Shown here piece by piece: positions 47,531 through 55,763 of a stretch of DNA of 64,000 bases. This DNA is from Acidimicrobiia bacterium (GTDB lineage: Bacteria > Actinomycetota > Acidimicrobiia > Spongiisociales > ZC4RG35): the NCBI GenBank assembly GCA_041744375.1, contig JBGTLA010000049.1:5629-69628 (forward strand), written 5' to 3'. The position numbers and the translations under genes are program-made. The number at the start of each line of letters is the position of its first letter. Position 1 is the stretch's first letter. Below the pieces are notes generated by a model. It worked only from the letters and a program-made list of their open reading frames with translations. It was not told the origin of the DNA and searched no databases.

Positions 47531-48745
47531 ATGGTGGACCGCACCGACTTCGAGCGTCTCGACGCTGCCGACCCCCTGGCTGGTGTGGTCGGGCGTTTCT
47601 CCCTTCCCGACGGTCTCGTCTACCTGGATGGCAACTCTCTCGGCCCGCTGCCGACGCACGTGCCCGAAGCGGTGTCGCGTGTCGTCGTGGACGAGTGGGG
47701 ACGTGACCTGATCAGGTCCTGGAACGCGCACGGATGGTGGGAGATGCCCGGCGTCGTCGGCGACATGATCGCTCCTCTCATTGGAGCGCCGCCCGGTTCG
47801 GTCATCGCTGGAGACACCACCTCGATCGCCCTGTACAAGTCGGTGGCAGCGGCCCGACATCTACGCCCGGACCGTACGGTGATCCTGTCCGACTCCGGCA
47901 ACTTCCCAACCGACCTGTACGTGCTGGGATCGGTGGCCGAACAGACCGACGCCAAGCTGGTGATGGTCGAACCGCACGAGGTCGGAGAGGCGATCGACGA
48001 ATCGGTGGCTGTCGTGAGTCTCACTCATGTCGACTATCGGACGGGCCGGCGTCACCACATGGGCGAACTGACCGGTGCTGCACACCGACGAGGCGCCATG
48101 ATGGTGTGGGATCTCGCCCATTCCGCAGGGGCCATGGATCTGGACATCGCCGAGGCGGACATGGCCGTCGGCTGCGGATACAAGTACCTCAACGGGGGTC
48201 CGGGGGCTCCAGCATTCGTCTATGTGCGAGGCGATCACGCTTCATCGCTCGTAAACCCGATCTCGGGGTGGTGGGGGCACGCCGAACCGTTCGCGATGTC
48301 GTCCAGTTTCGTGCCGGCACCCGGGATCGAACGGATGCAGGTGGGGACCCAGCCGATCATCGCCCTCGTAGCCCTCAAGTCGGCTCTGGAGGCCTTCGAC
48401 GGGGTCGATCCCCACCAACTCCGGTCGAAGTCGGAGATGCTGACCGACGCCTTCATCCGTCTGGTCGAAGAACGTGTCGACGCTGTCGAGGTGGTGACGC
48501 CGCGTCAGGCGTCGGCCCGGGGGAGTCACGTTAGCTTGGCCCATCCCGAAGCGGTGAGGGTCATGGCTGCTCTGATCGCGGAGGGGGTGGTGGGTGATGT
48601 CCGTCCCCCCAACCTCTTGCGGTTCGGGTTCGCCCCCATGTATCAGCTTCACACCGATGTATGGGATGCGGTGGAGACGATCGAGCGGGTTCTCGCCGAA
48701 GAACGCTGGCGCGACTTCGCATTTTCTTCCCACACCGTGACCTGA
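47531..48745 (+). CDS. kynU: Kynureninase
   Basis: N-terminal LDAADPLAGVVGRFSLPDGLVYLDGNSLGPLP, PLP-lysine context AVGCGYKYLNGGPGAPAF and C-terminal LLRFGFAPMY. Confidence 0.85.
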   Translation: MVDRTDFERLDAADPLAGVVGRFSLPDGLVYLDGNSLGPLPTHVPEAVSRVVVDEWGRDLIRSWNAHGWWEMPGVVGDMIAPLIGAPPGSVIAGDTTSIALYKSVAAARHLRPDRTVILSDSGNFPTDLYVLGSVAEQTDAKLVMVEPHEVGEAIDESVAVVSLTHVDYRTGRRHHMGELTGAAHRRGAMMVWDLAHSAGAMDLDIAEADMAVGCGYKYLNGGPGAPAFVYVRGDHASSLVNPISGWWGHAEPFAMSSSFVPAPGIERMQVGTQPIIALVALKSALEAFDGVDPHQLRSKSEMLTDAFIRLVEERVDAVEVVTPRQASARGSHVSLAHPEAVRVMAALIAEGVVGDVRPPNLLRFGFAPMYQLHTDVWDAVETIERVLAEERWRDFAFSSHTVT

Positions 48746-48749
48746 GGCC

Positions 48750-49034
48750 TCACAGGGGAGAGGGGCCGATTCCGGCCACGGCCGACACGGCGACACCGTC
48801 GCGGTCGGGCCGGGGGTGGAGGGCCGCCTCCCCCGTGCCGCGGTCGGGAATCTGGAGCCTCACCCGCAGCGCCTTTCCGGCGACGCCCGCGTTGGCGATC
48901 AAGCGCAAGGTCCCGCCCCACGAGTCGCCCCCGGCCATCTCCTCCAACTCGGCCCCGCCCACCGTGAGCAACACGCCGTTGGTGTCGAGGATTCGGACGG
49001 GGCCGGTGTAGGTGTCTGGCATCTTGTGCGACAT
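48750..49034 (-). CDS. Small hypothetical protein (possibly DUF4873-like)
   Basis: This is the 94-aa C-terminal part of the 235-aa ORF-track entry, starting at MSHKMPDTYTGPVRILDTNGVLLTVGGAELEEMAGGDSWGGTLRL. The pattern recalls DUF4873, but I cannot verify it. The upstream part of the long ORF looks non-coding. Confidence 0.35.
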   Translation of the reverse strand: MSHKMPDTYTGPVRILDTNGVLLTVGGAELEEMAGGDSWGGTLRLIANAGVAGKALRVRLQIPDRGTGEAALHPRPDRDGVAVSAVAGIGPSPL

Positions 49035-49165
49035 TAGAGCATACGCATATGCACTTCCGGACCAAGTGAGAATCGTGTTGCGGAACGGACCTCCCGGACA
49101 CACATCCGACCAGCTCGCTGACCCCTTGAGCCCCGTTGCTGGTGGCGTCCTGCCAGACTCCGTCG

Positions 49166-50899
49166 ATGCGCCTCGTGGCAGCGGGAACGATGCTCGTCTC
49201 GGCTCTAGCCGTATTCGTGGCGATTGGTCTTGACTCCGAGCCGGTGGCAGCGCAGGAATCGGGTAGTCAGCCAGCCTTGATGGAGATCGAGACAGATCAG
49301 CCGCCCACCCGGGCAAATCCCCAGGAGACCTCGCCGTCGACCAGCGACGATGATCTCCCGGATGAGGTGACTGTCTTGGCTGACGCAGCGGACCTCCCCC
49401 CAGGTGGGACCTTCTTCGACGATGACGAGAATCTGCACGAAGGAGCCATCGAGGCAATAGCTGCCGCCGGGATCACACGAGGATGTGGAGAGGTGGATCT
49501 CTTCTGTCCCGCCCGCCCGGTCACCCGAGGTGAGCTGGCGGCGTTTCTGCGACGGGCACTCGACCTCGCTCCATCCTCGGCCGGGGCGTTCACCGACTCG
49601 AGCGGCTCGATCTTCGCCGCTGACATCGCGGCCCTCGCCGCCACCGGTATCACCAACGGCTGCGGACCAGAGGCGTTCTGCCCCGATGACGTCGTGACGC
49701 GCGGTGAGATGGCTGCCTTCCTGCGGCGGGCATTCCAGCTACCGGCAGGAGAGGACGGCGCCTTTACCGATGTCGCCGGCTCGATCTTTGCGAGCGACAT
49801 CGCCGCCCTTGCCACAGCCGGAATCACGCGAGGGTGTGGCGAGGAGGTGTACTGCCCCGACCGGCCGGTCCTGCGCGACCAGATGGCCTCGTTCTTGGCT
49901 CGCGCTCTCGGCTTGCCCACCGACACGCCGCCTCCCCGACCGTCTGTCACCATTGCCTTCACCGGCGATATCCTCATTCACGCCCCGGTGTGGCGGCGGG
50001 CGGCGGTGCACGGGTCTCCCTACGACTTCCGCCCGATGTTCGCCCCGGTCGCCGACATCATCCGTGCCGCCGATCTGGCTATATGTCATCTCGAGGTGCC
50101 GCTGTCGGCCGACAATTCTCGCATTTCGGGATACCCGCTTTTCAACGCTCCACGACAGGTGGCGGACGCCGTGGTCGCCAGCGGGTACGACGGATGCTCG
50201 ACGGCTTCGAATCATTCTTTCGATCAGGGCGTGCGAGGGATCGAGGACACGCTGTCGGTCTTCGCCGACGTAGGCCTCGGGCAAGCAGGCATGTTCGCCG
50301 TGCCCGAGGCTTCTGGGCGTGCCACCGTGTACGACGTCGACGGCGTGACGGTGGCGCATCTCGCCGCCACCTGGTGGCTCAACGGTCTGCGGCTCCCGGC
50401 CGACAAGCCGTGGCTGGTGCAGATGCTCGAAGTGGACGAGTTGGTGGCACAGGCACAGCGTGCTCGTGAAGAAGGAGCCGACGTGGTGGTGGTGAGCATG
50501 CATTGTTGTGTCGAGTACCAGACGATGCCCACTCCCTACCAGCGAGAGGTGGCGAGGACCCTGATCGCCTCATCCCACATCGACCTGGTGGTCGGTCATC
50601 ATGCCCACGTGGTGCAGCCCATCGAAGGGGTGGACGGCAAGCTCATCGTGTACGGGCTGGGCAACTTCTTGTCGGCGCAGCGCTCGAACCCATCGACCCA
50701 GGACGGCGTGATCGTGAGCGTCGAGTTCGCGCTTCGCTCGGAGAGCTGGGCGACACGGGGAGTTCAGGTCGTGCCGACGTGGGTGGAAGGCGGGACCTAT
50801 CGGATCCTTCCCGCGGCCGCCGCCAACGACGCCTCGTGGCGGCGCACCGCCCGAGCGATCCGACTGGACGATGCGTTGGGCGTCGAGGTGATCCGCTGA
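49166..50899 (+). CDS. Cell-envelope protein: signal/anchor + three SLH-like repeats + CapA/PGA_cap domain
   Basis: Three ~52-aa repeats: F(F/T)D...I(E/A)A(I/L)A(A/T)AGIT(R/N)GCG...(F/Y)CP...VTRGE(L/M)AAFLRRA. After them come CapA motifs (VTIAFTGDILIH, CSTASNHSFDQG, VVVSMHCC, VVGHHAHVVQP). Confidence 0.8.
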   Translation: MRLVAAGTMLVSALAVFVAIGLDSEPVAAQESGSQPALMEIETDQPPTRANPQETSPSTSDDDLPDEVTVLADAADLPPGGTFFDDDENLHEGAIEAIAAAGITRGCGEVDLFCPARPVTRGELAAFLRRALDLAPSSAGAFTDSSGSIFAADIAALAATGITNGCGPEAFCPDDVVTRGEMAAFLRRAFQLPAGEDGAFTDVAGSIFASDIAALATAGITRGCGEEVYCPDRPVLRDQMASFLARALGLPTDTPPPRPSVTIAFTGDILIHAPVWRRAAVHGSPYDFRPMFAPVADIIRAADLAICHLEVPLSADNSRISGYPLFNAPRQVADAVVASGYDGCSTASNHSFDQGVRGIEDTLSVFADVGLGQAGMFAVPEASGRATVYDVDGVTVAHLAATWWLNGLRLPADKPWLVQMLEVDELVAQAQRAREEGADVVVVSMHCCVEYQTMPTPYQREVARTLIASSHIDLVVGHHAHVVQPIEGVDGKLIVYGLGNFLSAQRSNPSTQDGVIVSVEFALRSESWATRGVQVVPTWVEGGTYRILPAAAANDASWRRTARAIRLDDALGVEVIR

Positions 50900-50906
50900 C
50901 CGGGGG

Positions 50907-52601
50907 GTGCGCTTTTGTGCCGCCTTGGCGGTCCGTCGAGCAGAGGAGGCCGAGCTCGCCGAGTTGCTGGCGAGGCACTTTGGCGTTTTCGACGATGCAG
51001 CCGTGGCCGCCGCATGCGCAGTTGTCCGCTGGCAATTGCTCCGCCAGGGTGACACCTTGTTTCGGGAAGGGGATGAGTCCGACAGCCTGTACTTCGTCGT
51101 GAGAGGTCGTCTTCTGGCGACCCGGTTCGATCCCATCGAGAATACGGACACCCGTCGCGGCGTCATCGGTCGGGGCGAGGTCGTCGGGGAGATCGGTTTG
51201 ATCCGCCAGAGTGCCAGAAATGCCACCGTCAGCGCCCTGCGCGATACGGTCGTCGCGGCCCTGGATGAACCCGTCTTCTTCAATCTTGTGGATCGACAGC
51301 CGAAGCTGATGCTCGAGTTGGGTCTGAAGGCGGTGACACGTTCCGAGGGCCGACCAGGGCACTCCTCTCCGAGCGCGGTGGTGGCCGTGGCGGTCTCGCC
51401 CAGCCTCCACGGCGAAGGAGTTATGGCGTCGATCACAAGCGAGTTGGGGCGGTTGGGCACCGTGGCAGAGCTGTCGCGCCAGCGGGTGGATTCACTTCTC
51501 GAGTCGACCGGTATCGCCGACTCAGAGCAGGGGGAGGTCGGAGAGGTGCGAGTCGCGAAACTCTTGCACGAAGCGGAGATGGAGGCAGACCACTTGCTTC
51601 TCGACTTGGGAGTGGTGGCGGGGGCGTGGTCCCGGCGCTGCCTGGGCATGGCCGATCGGCTGCTTATCGTGCTTCCCGAGAGCCCCAGCGGGGAAGATCT
51701 TCACCAAGTGGAGGATTCGCTGGGTGGATGCCCGGAGGGACTCCGGCGTACCCTGATGATCGTCCACCCACCGATGGCCCGCCGCCCTGGCGGATCGATG
51801 ACCGTGGCCGGACGCCTTCTGGCCGAGGATGTCATCCACGTCCGCGCCGGCCCGACGGAGGACATATCCCGGGCGGTCCGGGTGGTTGTGGGTCGGGCTG
51901 ACACGCTGGTTCTGGGAGGCGGAGGCGGTCGGGGTTTCGCTCACATCGGGGTGCAACGTGCACTGTTGGAACTGGGTGTGCCGGTCGACATGGTGGGAGG
52001 GACTTCCATCGGCGGGATCATCGGGGCTGCCATCGCCGATGACATGCCTCCCGAAGACGTCATCGAATGGGCACAGCATCACTTTGCCCGGATCATGGAT
52101 TACACGATTCCGGTGGTCTCACTCATCAAGGCTGCCCGCATCGCCCGCTCGGCCCGAGAGACCTTCGGTGATCGCGACATCGAGGACCTGTGGCGAGCCT
52201 TCTTCGCCATTTCCACCGACCTGACGGCGTCACGGACTCACGTTCATCGCAGTGGATCTCTCGCCCTGGCGATGCGCGCGACTAGCGCCATCCCCGGGGT
52301 CATGCCACCCGTGCCACTCGGCGATCATCTGCTGATCGATGGGGGGGTGCTCAACAACCTCCCGATCGACGTGGCGAGAGAGCTCGCCCCGGCGGGAAGG
52401 GTCATCGCCGTTGACGTCACCCCTCCCCGCGGCCCTGGAGCCCGTACCGACTACGGCTTATCCGTGTCCGGATGGGACGCTTTGCGGTTGAAGGGCAAAC
52501 GGGCATACCCGGGCATCTCCGCCGTGCTGATGAGATCCATGATCACCGCCTCGATGCGCGAGCGCGACAGCCAGGTCAATTCAGGGCTGGCCGACTGCTA
52601 A
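50907..52601 (+). CDS. Cyclic-nucleotide-binding domain + patatin-like phospholipase (NTE/RssA family); ends at a TAA that looks premature
   Basis: cNMP domain FREGDESDSLYFVVRGRL...GEIGLIRQSARNATVSA. Patatin motifs are LGGGGGRGFAHIG (oxyanion), GGTSIGG (GxSxG) and IDGGVLNNLP (Asp). The GTG start is 8 nt after the SLH-CapA stop. The same frame stays open for 43 more codons after the TAA. Confidence 0.85.
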   Translation: MRFCAALAVRRAEEAELAELLARHFGVFDDAAVAAACAVVRWQLLRQGDTLFREGDESDSLYFVVRGRLLATRFDPIENTDTRRGVIGRGEVVGEIGLIRQSARNATVSALRDTVVAALDEPVFFNLVDRQPKLMLELGLKAVTRSEGRPGHSSPSAVVAVAVSPSLHGEGVMASITSELGRLGTVAELSRQRVDSLLESTGIADSEQGEVGEVRVAKLLHEAEMEADHLLLDLGVVAGAWSRRCLGMADRLLIVLPESPSGEDLHQVEDSLGGCPEGLRRTLMIVHPPMARRPGGSMTVAGRLLAEDVIHVRAGPTEDISRAVRVVVGRADTLVLGGGGGRGFAHIGVQRALLELGVPVDMVGGTSIGGIIGAAIADDMPPEDVIEWAQHHFARIMDYTIPVVSLIKAARIARSARETFGDRDIEDLWRAFFAISTDLTASRTHVHRSGSLALAMRATSAIPGVMPPVPLGDHLLIDGGVLNNLPIDVARELAPAGRVIAVDVTPPRGPGARTDYGLSVSGWDALRLKGKRAYPGISAVLMRSMITASMRERDSQVNSGLADC

Positions 52602-52970
52602 CTCGATCTCGATATGCGCGGGGTGTCGATCCTCAACTTCGACGACCCCGCCGGGGTAGCCCAAAGGGGCTATGAGGCAGCCATGCCCATGCTGGAGAGA
52701 TGGCTGGAGACGTCCCCCCAACCGTACGGTTAGCGCGATACACCCATTCGAATGCTCGAGCCGACCCCATGGATACCTCGGCTACAGGACGTCGTTGGAA
52801 CAAGAGCGGGGGCCGGGCCGTTGCCCGAGAAAGTGCCGGGCAGAGGGGCTGTTGTCGATGGCTGAAACGAGGTGGTCAACAACGTCCTAGTCTTGGCTGA
52901 CATCTCGATCTGGGTTTCCTCGTTTACGAGGTCCGCCGGATCGACTCCAACCCCCGACCGGAGAGCACCG

Positions 52971-55655
52971 ATGCCCGCTGGCCACGATAGTTACGGTGCA
53001 ACCTCCGACGCATCCGTGGTCGCCGAACTCCCGGTAGGCGGCTCCGGCGAATCCCTCGCCGCCTACGTGCCCCGGATCGCGGCCGAGTGGGACCTCGACG
53101 CTGCCGGTCAGAGCCACCAGGTGATCGATGCCACCCTTTGTTTCGTCGACATATCGGGCTTCACGCGCCTCTCCGAGCGGCTGGCGCAACGGGGACGAAT
53201 CGGAGCCGAGGAGCTGACAGAGGTTCTGACCCGGGTTTTCGGGACGATGCTGGACCGGGCGTACCTCCGCGGTGGCAACCTTCTCAAGTTCGGGGGCGAT
53301 GCGCTTCTTCTTCTCTTTCGAGGACCCGACCATCCCCTCCACGCCGCCTGCGCCGCCGTCGAGCTGAGAGCGTCACTTCGTGAGGCGTCCCAAATTTCGA
53401 CATCGGTGGGACGGATCGACTTGAGGATGTCGGTCGGCATCCATACCGGTTCTGTCCATGTCTTCATAGCCGGATCCAGCCATCGTGAGCTGATCGTGAC
53501 CGGTCCGACAATCTCTGTGACCACAGACATGGAGAAGGTGGCGGACGCAGGCGAGATCGTGGTGAGCCGGGAAATGGTGGCGGCGTTGCCGACCGGGGCC
53601 GTCTCCCGAGAGAAGGGCCCGGGATGGCTCCTCCGGTGGCGTAAGCCACCGGTACCGGCCGGCCGGGTGGTCCCCCGCCGCTGGGTCCATCCCGAAGCAA
53701 TCGACCGTTGTGTTCCCGTATCTCTGCGTGAGTATCTTCGGCGTAGCGTCATCGAGCCTGAGCACCGGCTCGCCACCGTCGGGTTCGTCCGTTTCGAGGG
53801 GGTCGACGGGCTGATGAACGCCGAGGGACCCGAAGCGGTGGCAGGGACCCTCGAGAAGCTGGTCGAGGCGATCGAGTCGGCGGTGGAGTTGGAGGAAGTC
53901 ACCTTCCTCGCCAGTGATGTCGACCGCGACGGTGGGAAAGTGATTCTCACCGCCGGCGTTCCGGTGGCGCGGGAAGATGACGAAGGACGGATGCTCCGTG
54001 CTCTTCGTTCGATACTCGACACACCAACGCTTCTCGGGGTCCGGGCTGGTGTCAACCGGGGTCATGTGTTCGCCGGGATGGTGGGTAACCGGCACCGTCG
54101 GGCGTACACCGTGATGGGCGACACCGTGAACCTCGCCGCCCGGCTGATGGCGGCCGCTCCGCCTGGATCGATGTACACGCGTCGCAACGTCTTGGACGCC
54201 TCGAGTACGCGATTCGAGGCGGAGAGCCTGGAGCCCTTGCGGATGAAGGGTATCGCCGATCCCGTCCAGGCCTTTTCGGTGGGATCAGAGTTGGGATCGA
54301 AGACGGCCGATGAGCATCGGCTTCCTTTCATCGGCCGGAAGGGTGAGCTGCAGACGTTGGAGGACATGATCGATCGAGCTCGCAACGGCCGCGGTGGTGT
54401 CGTCACCGTGGTCGGCGAGACCGGCATCGGCAAGACCCGATTGGTGGAGGAGGCCTTGCTGGCGGGGCGAGACCTGTGGGTGATCCAGGCTCGGGGCGAG
54501 CCCGCGGCCGCTTCGCTCCCTTATCGGGCGGTACGCGATCCGATCCTTCAACTGCTTGGCATCGAACGCTCGACGCAGGAGAAGATGAGAGGCGAGCTGA
54601 CCGATCAGATCTTTGCTCTCGCCCCGGCGCTGGCGCCGCTGCTTCCTCTCATCGCCGACGCCGTCCACGTAGACATTCCCGACACACCGGAAACGGCCGC
54701 CATCGACCCTCGGTTCCGCCAGGAGCGCACAGCCGACGCCGTGCTCGGCCTGATCCAGGCCGCCTCGAGCGGGCCCGGTGCAATTGTGACTGAAGACGCC
54801 CACTGGCTCGACGAGGCATCGACCCACGTCATTGCCCGGCTCATCGAAGCCACCAGTGAGCATCCCTGGCTGCTGCTCATGACCAGACGCTCGGAGCCGA
54901 CCGGGCTCCATCCCGATTCGGGCACGGTCATCCACCTCGATCCCCTGACTCCCAAGGAAACAGAAGCCCTGGTGATTGCCGCCACCGAGGCGGCTCCCCT
55001 CCGCCTCCACGAGGTGGCGGCTTTGGTGCAGCGAGCGGGAGGCAACCCCTTGTTCGTGGCCGAGTTGGTCCACGTCGTGGGGTCGATCGGTTCCCTCGAT
55101 GCCGTGCCGGAGACGCTGGGCGGGCTGGTCAGCGCCCAAATCGATTCCCTGCCCCCGTTGGCCCGCAATCTTCTCATGTATGCCAGTGTCTTCGGGCTCA
55201 GTTTCCGTCGGGAGGTTCTGACCGAGATCCTGCGAGACGAGGAGATCGAGATGGATGCCGCCACACGCCGGGAGCTCGATGTGTTCTGGGTCCGGCAAGG
55301 GCGTGACCGGGTCGGGTTTCGCCACGCCTTGGTACGCGACACCGCCTACCACAGTCTTTCTTTCCGACGGCGCCGTCATCTTCATGCGCGGGCGGGGAGC
55401 GTGATCGAACGGCTTGCCGGGGACGACCCGGGTCCGGTGGCCGGTACTCTCGCTCAACACTTCCTGGAAGCCCAAGACCACTCGCGTGCCTGGCGGTATG
55501 GTCGGATGGCCGGTGATCGCGCTCGCCAGACCTACGCCAACGTGGCCGCCGCCACCCATTACGAACGGGCGCTGGAGGCGTCGAGACGACTCCGGTCGAT
55601 CGACCCGTCCGAGCTGGCCGACGTGTGGACGCAACTGGCCCACGTCCGCGAGTAG
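52971..55655 (+). CDS. Tandem class III nucleotidyl cyclase domains + STAND/AAA_16 P-loop NTPase + start of TPR array (N-terminal fragment, terminated by in-frame TAG)
   Basis: CHD1 is LCFVDISGFTRLSE...LKFGGDALLLLF. CHD2 is ATVGFVRFEG...YTVMGDTVNLAARLM. P-loop VVGETGIGKTRLV and Walker-B-like GAIVTEDAHWLDE. ATG 52971 was chosen as the start. Confidence 0.85.
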   Translation: MPAGHDSYGATSDASVVAELPVGGSGESLAAYVPRIAAEWDLDAAGQSHQVIDATLCFVDISGFTRLSERLAQRGRIGAEELTEVLTRVFGTMLDRAYLRGGNLLKFGGDALLLLFRGPDHPLHAACAAVELRASLREASQISTSVGRIDLRMSVGIHTGSVHVFIAGSSHRELIVTGPTISVTTDMEKVADAGEIVVSREMVAALPTGAVSREKGPGWLLRWRKPPVPAGRVVPRRWVHPEAIDRCVPVSLREYLRRSVIEPEHRLATVGFVRFEGVDGLMNAEGPEAVAGTLEKLVEAIESAVELEEVTFLASDVDRDGGKVILTAGVPVAREDDEGRMLRALRSILDTPTLLGVRAGVNRGHVFAGMVGNRHRRAYTVMGDTVNLAARLMAAAPPGSMYTRRNVLDASSTRFEAESLEPLRMKGIADPVQAFSVGSELGSKTADEHRLPFIGRKGELQTLEDMIDRARNGRGGVVTVVGETGIGKTRLVEEALLAGRDLWVIQARGEPAAASLPYRAVRDPILQLLGIERSTQEKMRGELTDQIFALAPALAPLLPLIADAVHVDIPDTPETAAIDPRFRQERTADAVLGLIQAASSGPGAIVTEDAHWLDEASTHVIARLIEATSEHPWLLLMTRRSEPTGLHPDSGTVIHLDPLTPKETEALVIAATEAAPLRLHEVAALVQRAGGNPLFVAELVHVVGSIGSLDAVPETLGGLVSAQIDSLPPLARNLLMYASVFGLSFRREVLTEILRDEEIEMDAATRRELDVFWVRQGRDRVGFRHALVRDTAYHSLSFRRRRHLHARAGSVIERLAGDDPGPVAGTLAQHFLEAQDHSRAWRYGRMAGDRARQTYANVAAATHYERALEASRRLRSIDPSELADVWTQLAHVRE

Positions 55656-55763
55656 GCCGGCCTGTTCGAGTACGCCTTCGACGCTCTCCGGCAGGCGACC
55701 CGTCTGGTCAGTGCCGATCCGGTCGGTCGTGCCGGCCTCCACTTTGAGCGCGCTCGCACCCGT

